In this document: positions 27,041 to 37,752 of the stretch, in pieces
How the letters are laid out: each line of letters begins with the position of its first letter
Numbering within the stretch: position 1 is the first letter of the stretch
Assembly: GCA_001000675.1 (NCBI GenBank)
Contig: LCHW01000001.1
Location: 360,875 to 424,874, forward strand
Direction of reading: 5' to 3'
From: Candidatus Wolfebacteria bacterium GW2011_GWE2_44_13
GTDB taxonomy: Bacteria > Patescibacteriota > Minisyncoccia > UBA6257 > UBA9933
Length of the DNA: 64,000 nucleotides
Notes under the pieces: model-generated
What the model saw: only the letters and a program-made list of their open reading frames with translations
The model's database searches: none
Told to the model about the DNA's origin: nothing
Position numbers and translations under genes: made by a program

Positions 27041-27970
27041 ATGGTATTTTATAGGAATATGGAAGTGGTGCTTTATTTTTTTGGTGGTCTTGCGGGTGTG
27101 TTGTTGGGGTTGTTTTTGTACACGCAAAATAAGGAGATTGGTGTGAGTGACTATACTATTGGGTTTGAAATATTGCCTGATGCGTTTAATGGATTCAGGA
27201 TTGTGCAGCTTTCTGATTTGCATAATAAGCGATTTGGGAAAAAGCAGCGGTATTTAATTGATTCCGTGCGGAGTGCTAAGCCCGATATTATTGTGATAAC
27301 CGGAGATATTATCGGGGACGGAATTTTTTATGATGCTGAGCCGGCGCTTGAGTTGGCGTGTGGGTTGCGCGATATTGCGCCCGTCTATTATGTAACAGGA
27401 AATCATGAGTGGGATTCGAAACAGTTTGCGACTTTGGGGAAACGGCTGGTTGAATGCGGCGTGCACATGCTCGACAATCGAGTGGAAACGCTTCCGCGGA
27501 AAAGCGAAATGATGGCAATTGCGGGGATTGACGATGCTGCACGGTATCGATCGGAATTTGAAAATGATGCGCCGCTTGATTCGCTTCGCAACCATACGGA
27601 ACGGGGGGCTGAAGAAATGCGTCGCGTCATCCGCCGTGAGCTCGACATAGTGCAGAGCGAAATGGAGAAGGGGGTATTTACGATATTGCTTGCGCACCGG
27701 CCGGAGTTTTTGAATACGTATGCACGCTATGGGGTTAACCTTGTTTTTTCTGGGCATGCGCATGGTGGGCAATGGAATATGCCGAACGTTGGTCCGCTTG
27801 TTGCTCCTGGACAAGGGCTGTTTCCGAAGTTGGTGGCTGGCGTGCATAGGCAGGGCAAAACGACCATGGTTATTAGCAGGGGAATTGGAAATAGTGGCAT
27901 TGCATTCCAGCGATTATTTAATAAACCAGAGGTGGTTGTTGTTGCGCTAAGAAGAGAAATTAAAAAATAA
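27041..27970 (+). CDS. Membrane-anchored calcineurin-like metallophosphoesterase (YkuE/YaeI-like).
   Basis: N-terminal TM segment, then the motifs LSDLHN, ITGDII, TGNHEW, LAHRPE and GHAHGGQ. Confidence 0.7.
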   Translation: MVFYRNMEVVLYFFGGLAGVLLGLFLYTQNKEIGVSDYTIGFEILPDAFNGFRIVQLSDLHNKRFGKKQRYLIDSVRSAKPDIIVITGDIIGDGIFYDAEPALELACGLRDIAPVYYVTGNHEWDSKQFATLGKRLVECGVHMLDNRVETLPRKSEMMAIAGIDDAARYRSEFENDAPLDSLRNHTERGAEEMRRVIRRELDIVQSEMEKGVFTILLAHRPEFLNTYARYGVNLVFSGHAHGGQWNMPNVGPLVAPGQGLFPKLVAGVHRQGKTTMVISRGIGNSGIAFQRLFNKPEVVVVALRREIKK

Positions 27971-28007
27971 AAAAGCCGCTCCCTGTTAGGGGGAGCGGTT
28001 TTGCTTT
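27969..28007. terminator. Bidirectional intrinsic terminator.
   Basis: aaaaagccgctccc-tgtta-gggggagcggttttgctttt between convergent genes. Confidence 0.55.
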
Positions 28008-29170
28008 TACCATCCCGCACGCACTGCGGATGTTACGCCGAGATTGTTGAGGATGTCTTTGAGTTCGTTGAGCGACTTTCGCCCAAAGTTTTGCGTCCGT
28101 AAGAGCTCACGCTCCGGTGTCGCCGCAAGCTGGCCGATGGTTTCGATCCCTTTCCACTTTAGGCAGTTTGCCGTCCGGACACTCATCTCCAGTGTTCCTA
28201 CGGGTCGATCGAAAATCGGGATGGATTCTAACTCCGCTGCGATACGGGCAAGCATCGCTTGCTCTGTCTCCACTGTTTCGTCAGGTGTGCTGCTTTGAGC
28301 AGGGGACCAATATATCGGTTCCAGTCTTATCAAGTGCTTGAGCTTCCCACTTCGCGATGGATGGCGCAACTTGCGAAGCGCCTTTGCTTCGATTTGTCGG
28401 ACACGCTCTTCTGAAACGCCACACACGCATCCAATCTGTTTGAGTGTTTGCCCTTGTTTCCCCGTGCCGATGCCGAAACGCATCCTCAGTATCTGCGCTT
28501 CGCGTTCTGTAAGCGTTTCGAGTACGGCCTCAATGTGTTGGGGCGTGTCCTTGGACCACATTGGTCCAATGGTTCCGTGCATTGCTTCAGCGAAGTATGC
28601 GATAAACCCTTTTTCCAGCCCATCGAGATTTTCTGGAAACGGAACATACCGCTCAATAGTGACGCCTGCATAGCGACCCTTGTCGCTTCGCTCCGTGTAG
28701 GCTGTGCCGACATTGGATAAATATTCTTTCCATATATCGACAGTATATCCTTCGTACGGGTAACGTTTTTCTCCGAATACTGCGCGTAGGAGTAGTGTGT
28801 ACCCGTGGTGTTCCGGCAGGTGTGATGGATAGGAGAGATTGTTCATAAGGACGTCTAACGGTTTGAACGTCGCGATGATGGAATCAATCTTGAGCCATTC
28901 GCCGAGCAACTTTTGTATTTCATGTGCTTCTGCACTCATGATGTTCCCGTGAGTGATGTAACTTTTCAGGACCTTCCGGAAAATCTGCACGTCGACATGC
29001 GGTCGACTTTCGCGTAGCTCGGGCGAGAGTTGTTTAGCATCATTTCTGACAGTGGCAAGACTTACCCCGAGTTTTTCGCTTATCCAGCTTACTGGAATGC
29101 CAAGCGGATATAGCGCCTTAATAGCCGTGAATCGTTCCGCTAGTTGCCTTGCATAAAACGGTCTTTTCAT
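28007..29170 (-). CDS. Chimeric protein: N-terminal HTH, an unknown middle domain, a sigma-70 (RpoD-type) region-4.2-like segment, and an RNA polymerase alpha-subunit CTD-like segment.
   Basis: [15 protein letters not shown]...[22 protein letters not shown] is close to RpoD region 4.2. It is followed by [52 protein letters not shown], close to the RpoA alpha-CTD helix-hairpin-helix. There is no sigma region 2. RBS gagagaggtg sits before the ATG. Confidence 0.6.
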   Translation of the reverse strand: [387 protein letters not shown]

Positions 29171-29311
29171 TTTGGCACCTCTCTCGTTGTTAGAATTTTA
29201 TAATGTTGCTAAAAATAAAATATAACGAATTTATATTTTTGTCAAACAATTTTAAACTTGGTTTATGTGGCTTGCTGTTTATTTTTCCCTTCGCTTGTGG
29301 TATAAAAGGGC

Positions 29312-30556
29312 ATGCGCCAATCACATTTATTTACTAAAACAAAGAAAGAATCGCCGAAGGATGAGGAGGCAAAAAATGCCCAATTGTTAATCCGTGCTGG
29401 ATACGTGGATAAGCTTATGGCAGGTGTGTATACACTTTTGCCACTCGGGCTCCGTGTATTTAAAAAAGTAGAGGCTATTATTCGAGAAGAAATGGAGGCA
29501 CTCGGAGCTCAAGAGATTTTTATGCCGACCTTACAGCCAAAGGAGCGCTGGCAGACTACGGGGCGATGGGATGGAATGGACAACCTATTTCGATTTACAA
29601 GTTATCATTCAAAGATTGATTATGCACTTGGTGCAACCCATGAAGAAGTTGTGACGCCGTTGATGAACGACTTTATTTTTTCGTACAAAGACTTGCCGAC
29701 TGCTGTATTTCAAATTCAAAATAAGTTTCGCGATGAAAAGCGTGCAAAGTCTGGCTTGTTGCGTGGACGAGAATTTTTTATGAAAGATCTTTATTCGTTT
29801 CATGCAAACGAGGAAGACATGGATGCATATTATTTGAAAGCGAAAGATGCCTATGCGCGTATTTTTGAACGTGTGGGTCTTGGCGATATCACGTACTTCA
29901 CGTATGCATCAGGAGGAACGTTTTCAAAGTATTCTCATGAGTTTCAAACACTGACCGATGCGGGTGAGGATAGTATCCATATCTGTGATGCATGTCATAT
30001 CGCTATTAATGAAGAAATCATCGCGGAACAGCCAGTATGTCCGGAGTGTGGTAATGATAAACTCCATACTGAAAAAGCCGTTGAAGTGGGAAACATCTTT
30101 AAGCTAAAGACGAAGTACTCGTCTGCTTTTGGCCTTACCTATAAAGATGCTGAAAATACTGCACACGACGTTATTATGGGTTGCTATGGTATTGGCTTGA
30201 ATCGCCTTATGGGAATAATTGTGGAAGTGTATCATGACGATAGTGGCATTATGTGGCCAGAAAGCGTGGCGCCGTATCAAGTGCATTTGGTTAATTTGCA
30301 CGCGCAAAGTGAGGAAACATCAAAATTCGCTGATTCTATCTACAAATCTTTACAGGAGGCAGGGGTTGCGGTATTATATGATGACCGTAAAGAAGCGGGA
30401 ATTGGAGAAAAACTGAAAGACAGCGACCTTGTCGGTATTCCGCTCAGGGCGATTGTCAGTGAAAAGAACGGTATGCAGATTGAGGTAAAGAAGCGAAAAG
30501 AAAAAGATGCTCACTTAGTATCACAGGAACAGCTTCTTTCATTGGTAACGAAATAA
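29312..30556 (+). CDS. proS: Proline--tRNA ligase (bacterial type without the INS editing domain, with an inserted Cys4 zinc ribbon).
   Basis: The N-terminus HLFTKTKKESPKDEEAKNAQLLIRAGYV..GVYTLLPLGLRV matches bacterial ProS, with class II motifs and a CDACH...CPECG insert. Confidence 0.8.
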   Translation: MRQSHLFTKTKKESPKDEEAKNAQLLIRAGYVDKLMAGVYTLLPLGLRVFKKVEAIIREEMEALGAQEIFMPTLQPKERWQTTGRWDGMDNLFRFTSYHSKIDYALGATHEEVVTPLMNDFIFSYKDLPTAVFQIQNKFRDEKRAKSGLLRGREFFMKDLYSFHANEEDMDAYYLKAKDAYARIFERVGLGDITYFTYASGGTFSKYSHEFQTLTDAGEDSIHICDACHIAINEEIIAEQPVCPECGNDKLHTEKAVEVGNIFKLKTKYSSAFGLTYKDAENTAHDVIMGCYGIGLNRLMGIIVEVYHDDSGIMWPESVAPYQVHLVNLHAQSEETSKFADSIYKSLQEAGVAVLYDDRKEAGIGEKLKDSDLVGIPLRAIVSEKNGMQIEVKKRKEKDAHLVSQEQLLSLVTK

Positions 30557-30570
30557 TAGATTTTATTTTT

Positions 30571-31617
30571 ATGGGATTGTTTAACTATTTTGTAAAGGAT
30601 ATCGGAATTGATTTAGGAACTGCGAACTCATTGGTATACATCAAAGATCGGGGCATTATTATTAATGAACCATCTATCGCAGCGACGAATAATAAAACTG
30701 GGCAGATTCTTGCGATTGGCAATGAAGCGAAAAAAATGCTTGGCCGCACGCCAGCACATATTACTGTTATCAAGCCGTTGGTCAACGGAGTTATTTCGGA
30801 TTTTGAAATGGCGCAAGAACTCTTGCGTTACTTTATGAAGCGCGTAAACAATGACCGTATGTTTAGCTATTACCGAGCTGTTATTGGTATTCCGCCAAAC
30901 TTAACTGAAGTGGAGCGTAAATCTGTTGAAGATGCGGCAATCAACGCCGGCGCAGCAAAAGCTTTTCTTGTGGAAGAGCCTATCGCAGCTGCATTAGGTG
31001 CGCGCCTTCCTATTCAAGAGGCACTTGCTACGATGGTTGTTGATATTGGTGGGGGCACTACAGATATTGCTATTATTTCTATGGGAAGTAGCGTTATTAG
31101 CCGCAGTTTGAAAGTTGCCGGCGATAAATTGAACGACGATATTATTAAGTTTGTTCGAGAAGAATTTAAGTTGCTTATTGGTGAGCCGACAGCAGAAGAA
31201 TTAAAAAAGACTATTGGCTCGGCCATTCCTATGGAAGAACGCATGGAGCTTTCGGTGCGTGGACGCGATATGGGCACTGGATTACCACGCGAAATAATCG
31301 TAAAGAATACGCAAATTCGCGCTGCCATCGGCCGCTCATTGCGACAGATTGTAGAATGCATTAAAGAAACAATTGAAAAAGCTCCGCCAGAATTGGTGGG
31401 AGATATCTATAACCGTGGTATCTATTTGTGTGGTGGCGGAAGCTTGCTTCGCGGACTTGATCAGCTGATCGAAAAAGAAGTTACTGTGCCGGTGACCGTC
31501 ATCGACGATCCGCTTACCGCGGTTGTGCGAGGAACGGGTGTTATTGCGGAAGATATTGATGCATATTCACAATTATTTGTAACGTCACTTAAGCCGCTTG
31601 ATATCACTGTTTCATGA
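30571..31617 (+). CDS. mreB: Rod shape-determining protein MreB.
   Basis: GIDLGTANSLVY and the actin-fold phosphate loops; 348 aa. Confidence 0.85.
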   Translation: MGLFNYFVKDIGIDLGTANSLVYIKDRGIIINEPSIAATNNKTGQILAIGNEAKKMLGRTPAHITVIKPLVNGVISDFEMAQELLRYFMKRVNNDRMFSYYRAVIGIPPNLTEVERKSVEDAAINAGAAKAFLVEEPIAAALGARLPIQEALATMVVDIGGGTTDIAIISMGSSVISRSLKVAGDKLNDDIIKFVREEFKLLIGEPTAEELKKTIGSAIPMEERMELSVRGRDMGTGLPREIIVKNTQIRAAIGRSLRQIVECIKETIEKAPPELVGDIYNRGIYLCGGGSLLRGLDQLIEKEVTVPVTVIDDPLTAVVRGTGVIAEDIDAYSQLFVTSLKPLDITVS

Positions 31618-31710
31618 AAAAGCTCGTAAGCTCGTTAGCCGGGGTAAGCTCGTAAGTAAATACGAACCAGGCCCCGGACTCTAAAAAGATTTGTTTCACG
31701 TATTACTACT

Positions 31711-32394
31711 ATGAAAAGAATACTCCTTATCAGCAGTATCGTACTTATCCTTTGGGTAACATTCTTTTCGAATATGTTCATTCCGAAGCACGCACTTGTT
31801 GCCTCTGCAAATTTTGTACGACAGTATTTTAAGGTTGATTTTTATCAGGAGAATATTTTGCTGAAATTGCAAAACGAAAATTTAAAAGCGCAGGTGCAAC
31901 GGATTAAAGAGGATGGTGATGGACCGGCCTCGGCGACGGTGCGTGGAGCACAAATAGAAGCGAAAATATTTTCTACCTATCCGTTTAACATGAAGGATAC
32001 CATTACTATTAATCGAGGATCTGCTGATGGTGTTGAGCCGATGATGATTGCCACGGTTTCTGATTCAGTATTATTGGGGCAAGTAGTGAGCGTTGAAGAA
32101 CGTTCTTCAGTTGTACGTACCATCTTTGATTCACATTGGCAGTTGCCGGTACGCATTGGTTCGGACGCCATTAATGGATTGTTTGAAGGGGGAAGTGACC
32201 CTAAGATAACGCTTGTTGAGAAGCCGGTTAAGGTTGGCGATGGTGTGTTCTCTGCCGCAAAGGAATTTCCTTTAGGTATTAAAATCGGCGAGGTAAAGGA
32301 GGTTAAAGAAGATGCAAGTGGCATCTTTAAAGAAGCTACTATCCGCACTCCGTATGCCGTCGGGGATGTACAGGTTATTTATTTGCAAAAATAA
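31711..32394 (+). CDS. mreC: Rod shape-determining protein MreC.
   Basis: N-terminal TM segment, coiled coil, and a beta-domain pattern (GQVVSVEERSSVVRTIFD...VGDGVFSA..FPLGIKIGEV). Confidence 0.65.
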   Translation: MKRILLISSIVLILWVTFFSNMFIPKHALVASANFVRQYFKVDFYQENILLKLQNENLKAQVQRIKEDGDGPASATVRGAQIEAKIFSTYPFNMKDTITINRGSADGVEPMMIATVSDSVLLGQVVSVEERSSVVRTIFDSHWQLPVRIGSDAINGLFEGGSDPKITLVEKPVKVGDGVFSAAKEFPLGIKIGEVKEVKEDASGIFKEATIRTPYAVGDVQVIYLQK

Positions 32395-32468
32395 ATGACA
32401 GTGCAGTATATTGACAATCGGTCTTTCATTTTTATAATAAAAATACTCTAAAAAATATTCACCCGTAT

Positions 32469-32966
32469 ATGGAAGAAACTACACAGTATAACGCTGGACA
32501 AGATGAACAGGAAGAAGCTCCGGTTCTTACACAAACAGAGCAGCTACAAAAAGAACGCGATGAATATCTTGATGGATGGCAACGCGCTCGTGCGGAATTG
32601 GTAAATTACAAAAAGGATGAATCGAAGCGAATAGATGACATGATGAAATTCGCGAACGGTTCGCTTATCCGAGAGCTGATTATGGTTGTTGATAATTTTG
32701 ACCTTGCTATCGCAGCCATGGAAATGCATGGCGGTGTGGAAAAAGGAATCTATCTCATCAAGGCGCAGCTCGAAGACGTGCTCAAGCAATATGGGCTTGA
32801 AAAAACGCCCGTTGCAATAGGGGATCAATTTGACCCTGCAATACATGAAGCGGTTGTGTCTGTTGATTCGGAACTTGCTTCTGGATCTGTTGTGGAAGAA
32901 GTCGGTCGCGGATATTATTTGCATGGAAAGTTAATACGTCCGTCGCAAGTAAAAGTTGCAAAATAA
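32469..32966 (+). CDS. grpE: Nucleotide exchange factor GrpE.
   Basis: LQKERDEYLDGWQRARAELVNYKKD ... GYYLHGKLIRPSQVKV. Confidence 0.8.
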   Translation: MEETTQYNAGQDEQEEAPVLTQTEQLQKERDEYLDGWQRARAELVNYKKDESKRIDDMMKFANGSLIRELIMVVDNFDLAIAAMEMHGGVEKGIYLIKAQLEDVLKQYGLEKTPVAIGDQFDPAIHEAVVSVDSELASGSVVEEVGRGYYLHGKLIRPSQVKVAK

Positions 32967-33168
32967 AAGGGCTTTGCCTCTCTTATAAAAAGAGAGTTGC
33001 AAAACCTTTTACCCCGCCCTCTAGGCTATTACGCTGATGGTGGTGTGGTATGTATGGTATAATCTTAAAAACAACATCTAAATTTATATTTGCGAGCTTA
33101 GAGGGCGGGGTTGCTCATACTTGTTATGAAATTTCCTGCGCTCGATGAGCTTAAAAATTTCAACAAGT

Positions 33169-35034
33169 ATGGCAAAAATACTAGGAATTGACCTTGGAAC
33201 GACCAACTCTGCGATGGCTATCATCGAAGGTGGTGAACCAAAAGTGTTAGAAAATCATGAAGGAAATCGCACGACTCCTTCTATTGTGGCAATCAGCAAA
33301 GCGAACGAACGACTCGTTGGTTTGCTTGCTAAGCGACAAGGTGTTGTGAATCCGAAAAATACTATTTTTTCGGTGAAGCGTCTTATTGGGCGTAAATTTA
33401 ATGATCCGGAAGTGCAAAACGATAAGGCATGGTTGCCTTTTGAAATGCGCGCATCGGAAACAGGAGGCGTGGAAGTGCAAATGGGGGATCGTTGGTATAA
33501 GCCCGAAGAAATTTCGGCAATGATATTGTCAAAGTTAAAGGCTGATGCAGAGGCAAAAGTTGGAGAAACAATTAGCGAAGTAGTTATTACTGTGCCTGCT
33601 TATTTTGATGACTCACAGCGTCAGGCTACAAAGAATGCATGTGAAATTGCTGGGCTTTCTGTAAAGCGCATGATTAACGAGCCAACTGCGGCTGCGCTTG
33701 CGTATGGTCTTAACAAGCAAAAGAACGAAAAAATAGTTGTATACGATCTAGGGGGCGGAACCTTTGACGTTTCTGTGTTGGAAATCGGAGACGATGTTGT
33801 TGAAGTATTAGCTACGGGTGGTGATACGCATCTTGGTGGCGACGATTTTGATAAGACAATCATTCAGTACTTGGTAAGTGAATATAAAAAGCAGGATGGT
33901 ATTGATTTGTCTGGCGATGCACTTGCATTGCAACGATTGAAAGAAGTTGCTGAGCGTGCAAAACACGAATTGTCTACTGCGTTTGAAACCGAAATTAATA
34001 TTCCGTATATCACTTCTGATGCAGCTGGTCCGAAGCATTTCTTGATGAAGTTGACTCGTGCAAAGCTCGAAGAGCTTGTTGGTCCGCACATTGATAAATC
34101 ACTCGAAATTGTTAAGAAAATTGTAAAGGATGCTGGATTGCAGATTGCGGACATTAATGAAGTTGTTTTAGTTGGTGGACAGATTCGTATGCCGAAAATC
34201 CACGACGCCGTGAAAGATCTTTTTGGCAAAGAACCACACAAGGGTATTAACCCGGACGAAGTTGTCGCTATTGGTGCTGCGGTGCAGGCGGGTATTTTCC
34301 AGGGAGAAGTAAAAGATGTACTTTTGTTGGATGTTACCCCGTTGTCTTTTGGTATCGAAACATTCGGTGGTGTGTTTACTGCATTGATTGAAAAAAATAC
34401 CACCATCCCAACACAAAAATCGCAGGTGTTTTCAACTGCTGCAGATAATCAGACATCAGTCGAAATTCATATCCTACAAGGTGAACGACCGATGGCCGCT
34501 GATAACAAAACGCTTGGGCAGTTTATGCTTGATGGTATTCCAACGGCACCGCGCGGCATTCCGCAGATTGAAGTTACGCTTGATATTGATGCAAACGGTA
34601 TTTTAAATGTTTCTGCAAAAGATAAGGCAACAGGAAAAGTACAGTCAGTGCGCATTGAAGCTTCAACGCAGTTGTCGAAAGAAGAAATTGAAAAGCTAAA
34701 ACAGGAAGCTGTTTTGCATGCGGAAGAAGATGCAAAAAAGCGTGCATTAATTGAGGCTCGCAACCATGCTGAGCAATTATTGTATACCGCAGAAAAATCG
34801 CTTAAAGAAGCGAATGAAAAAGTTTCAGAAGAGATAAAGAAAGGTGTGCAAGATGCAATCGATGCATTGAAGGCAGTTAAGGATGGCGAAGATGGGGAAG
34901 CGGTTATCGCGAAAACCGAAGCGCTTTCCACTGAACTTCAAAAAATTGGCTCGGCGATGTATACTCAAGAGGAACCGTCTGCAGAAAAACCGGCAGATGA
35001 AACACCTAACGAGGAAAACACAACCACGCAATGA
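33169..35034 (+). CDS. dnaK: Chaperone DnaK (Hsp70).
   Basis: [22 protein letters not shown], and so on; start chosen at [10 protein letters not shown]. Confidence 0.9.
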   Translation: MAKILGIDLGTTNSAMAIIEGGEPKVLENHEGNRTTPSIVAISKANERLVGLLAKRQGVVNPKNTIFSVKRLIGRKFNDPEVQNDKAWLPFEMRASETGGVEVQMGDRWYKPEEISAMILSKLKADAEAKVGETISEVVITVPAYFDDSQRQATKNACEIAGLSVKRMINEPTAAALAYGLNKQKNEKIVVYDLGGGTFDVSVLEIGDDVVEVLATGGDTHLGGDDFDKTIIQYLVSEYKKQDGIDLSGDALALQRLKEVAERAKHELSTAFETEINIPYITSDAAGPKHFLMKLTRAKLEELVGPHIDKSLEIVKKIVKDAGLQIADINEVVLVGGQIRMPKIHDAVKDLFGKEPHKGINPDEVVAIGAAVQAGIFQGEVKDVLLLDVTPLSFGIETFGGVFTALIEKNTTIPTQKSQVFSTAADNQTSVEIHILQGERPMAADNKTLGQFMLDGIPTAPRGIPQIEVTLDIDANGILNVSAKDKATGKVQSVRIEASTQLSKEEIEKLKQEAVLHAEEDAKKRALIEARNHAEQLLYTAEKSLKEANEKVSEEIKKGVQDAIDALKAVKDGEDGEAVIAKTEALSTELQKIGSAMYTQEEPSAEKPADETPNEENTTTQ

Positions 35035-36017
35035 ACTTACTCAATAAACCAGCGAATGCTTACACCATAGGCATTTCCGGATCAATCAAAATAGGTATAC
35101 TCGCCTTTGTTGGTATCGTTTTTGCACTCGGATTTAGCTGGTTTTTTCGAGAGTTTCTTTTGACGGGTGAGTGGACAAAGATGCTTTGGAGCGGGTTGTC
35201 TTCGATCGGATTTTTAGTAGTGTTTACGTTGCAAACATTTTTTATGCGTTCAAACACGCATTTTGCAGTGGCGTTCTTCTTACAAAGTCTTGCGCTGATT
35301 TCCTTTTTCTTTGCATTATCCGTACCAATCATGACACTCTTTGTTGTGGTATATGGTGGTTTGCTGAGTGCGAGCTATAGCGGACGAAAGATGCTCGACA
35401 ATATGCTTACGATTGATTTTTGGAGTATTAGTAAATTGGTTGTACCAAAAGGAATTATTGCTATTACGTTATTGGCGAGTGTCTTCATTCCGCTCCATTT
35501 ACAAGCGCATCGTGATTCAATACCGGTATCATCGGCTACATTTGATAAAGTACTCGCTTCGAGTAGTAGTTTTATTAAATATTTCTATAAGGATTTTGAT
35601 ACATCGAAGACGGTTGATGAGCTTGCGCGCACTGCGACTGAACAGCAGCTGAGCGAAAAATTTCCTCAGGTAAATGCATTAAAGCCTCGAGAAAAAACAC
35701 TTTTGATTAATGAAGCAATGAAGGGCTTGTATGAGCAGCTCTTTAACTACACGGGTGTACAAATTAATCCAAAAGATCCTGTTGCAGTAGCTGCGTACGG
35801 TGTGCTACAAGAAAAATATTTTGCGTTACGTGACGAAGTGAAATTGTGGATATTTATTATCTTTGGTGCCGTTATCTTCATTTCTATTGCAAGCATTATG
35901 ATGCCGCTTCGCATCCTCGTCGCACTCATTGCATTCTTTGTGTATGAAGTCATGATTGCACTCGGCTTTGCGCGCGTGGTCATCGAAAGCCGGTCAAAAG
36001 AAACGTTTGTGCTCTAA
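35031..36017 (+). CDS. Hypothetical polytopic membrane protein, inserted between dnaK and dnaJ.
   Basis: 328-aa ORF with about 8 TM segments; the start overlaps the dnaK stop. Confidence 0.4.
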   Translation: MNLLNKPANAYTIGISGSIKIGILAFVGIVFALGFSWFFREFLLTGEWTKMLWSGLSSIGFLVVFTLQTFFMRSNTHFAVAFFLQSLALISFFFALSVPIMTLFVVVYGGLLSASYSGRKMLDNMLTIDFWSISKLVVPKGIIAITLLASVFIPLHLQAHRDSIPVSSATFDKVLASSSSFIKYFYKDFDTSKTVDELARTATEQQLSEKFPQVNALKPREKTLLINEAMKGLYEQLFNYTGVQINPKDPVAVAAYGVLQEKYFALRDEVKLWIFIIFGAVIFISIASIMMPLRILVALIAFFVYEVMIALGFARVVIESRSKETFVL

Positions 36018-36104
36018 GATGGATACGGTTGTAAAACCGTATCCATTGAGTAGCGATAGTTTACTTGTGGTAATTCCCGTATATACGGGAATTTAAAAAA
36101 ACAA

Positions 36105-37202
36105 ATGAGCAACGATTATTATAAAATTCTTGGCGTAGAAAAATCCTCATCTGATGAGGATATTAAAAAAGCATACAGAAAGCTTGCGCATCAATATCAT
36201 CCTGATAAAACAGGAGGGGATGAAAAGAAATTCAAGGAAATCAACGAAGCATATCAAACGCTTTCCAATAAAGAAAAGCGTGCCCAGTATGACCGTTTTG
36301 GGAATACGGCACAGGGCGCTGGTGGACCAGGCGGATTTGGTGGGTTTTCTCAAGGCGGCTTTGATTTTCAGGGTGGCGATTTTGGCGATCTCGGAGATAT
36401 CTTCGAAACCTTTTTTAATGGCATGGGTGGGCAGCAAAAACGACGTACGTATGCACATGGCTCTGATATGGAAATGGTGCAAGAAATTACGCTTGAAGAT
36501 GCGTATCGAGGTATAGAAAAAAACGTTACGTACAAAACAAATATTCATTGTGCGCAGTGTAAAGGGCTTGGGCACGATGCCAAGGCGACATTTTCACAGT
36601 GTAAAAAGTGTGATGGACGAGGTGAAGTGCGTGAAACACGCAGTACTTTTTTTGGAAATTTTGCGCAAGTACGAACGTGTACAGAGTGTCATGGTGTCGG
36701 ACAAATTCCCGATAAACGCTGCTCGTCGTGTTCTGGATCAGGTGTTGTTCGTGGCGAAAAGAAAATTGCGGTTAAGATATTGCCGGGTATTGCTGATGGG
36801 CAGATCATTAAAATGGTTGGCGCCGGAGAGGCAGGTGAGCGAGGATCGCAAGAAGGCGATTTGTTTTTGCATGTGCGCGTAAAACCGCATGCAATCTTTA
36901 GTCGACAAGATGACCATTTGATTATTGAAAAGGAAATACAGCTTATTAATTTGTTGGCATATTTTTCTGACAGTGAAGCGCATCCGATCTACGTCACTAC
37001 GATTTCAGGAGGAAAGCTTGCGCTGGATATTCCGCGTGACTTCACCTTTAATAAACCATTTAAGGTGACGAGTGAAGGTATGCCTCACTTTAATCGTTCT
37101 GGAAAAGGAGATCTCTTCGTGCATTTCAAAATTGTCCCACCGCATAAAATGAGTAAAGATGCAAAACGTCTTCTTGAGGAATTGCGCAATGAAATGCGAT
37201 AA
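36105..37202 (+). CDS. dnaJ: Chaperone DnaJ.
   Basis: J-domain YYKILGV...HPDK, a G/F region and four CxxCxGxG zinc-finger repeats. Confidence 0.85.
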   Translation: MSNDYYKILGVEKSSSDEDIKKAYRKLAHQYHPDKTGGDEKKFKEINEAYQTLSNKEKRAQYDRFGNTAQGAGGPGGFGGFSQGGFDFQGGDFGDLGDIFETFFNGMGGQQKRRTYAHGSDMEMVQEITLEDAYRGIEKNVTYKTNIHCAQCKGLGHDAKATFSQCKKCDGRGEVRETRSTFFGNFAQVRTCTECHGVGQIPDKRCSSCSGSGVVRGEKKIAVKILPGIADGQIIKMVGAGEAGERGSQEGDLFLHVRVKPHAIFSRQDDHLIIEKEIQLINLLAYFSDSEAHPIYVTTISGGKLALDIPRDFTFNKPFKVTSEGMPHFNRSGKGDLFVHFKIVPPHKMSKDAKRLLEELRNEMR

Positions 37203-37240
37203 GTGGCATACGAACACCTAACCCCTATTGTATAGAGCAT

Positions 37241-37696
37241 ATGGAAAAATCAACCGCACGATTTCTTGTTCTTGGCTGTACACTTCTTTTTGTGAGTGTG
37301 CTGCAGTTTTTAGACATAGCAATCTTTGGTGTTGTTCCTAATATGTTGCTTGTGGTGATTGTTACAATGGCTCTATTTTTGCGGGATTTTTTGCACGAAC
37401 TTTTTCTCCTTTCTCTCGCATCTTTTTTACTAAAGTTTTCTCCTGTGGTGAATCGTGAAATACTTGCCTTCTTTTTTATCGGACTTATTATTATACTTAT
37501 TGAGAGAAAATTGCCGTGGCACACACTTGTGAACGGCATTTTTTTGACGTTTTTTGCTACGATTGCGCTCTATGTATTTGTTGATCGGGCTTCGATAGCT
37601 TCCCTTATGTTTGCGAAGGAATTGGGTTATAATGTACTACTGACGTACGCGTTGTATCATGGGTTTGTATTCTTCCGGTTGTTTCGACATCGATAA
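37241..37696 (+). CDS. Small polytopic membrane protein (MreD-like size and topology; unassigned).
   Basis: 151 aa with 4-5 TM segments. Confidence 0.35.
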   Translation: MEKSTARFLVLGCTLLFVSVLQFLDIAIFGVVPNMLLVVIVTMALFLRDFLHELFLLSLASFLLKFSPVVNREILAFFFIGLIIILIERKLPWHTLVNGIFLTFFATIALYVFVDRASIASLMFAKELGYNVLLTYALYHGFVFFRLFRHR

Positions 37697-37752
37697 CCAC
37701 TGGAGTATCTATTGTATTCACGAATCGATTACCATAACGACATAAGTATTAT

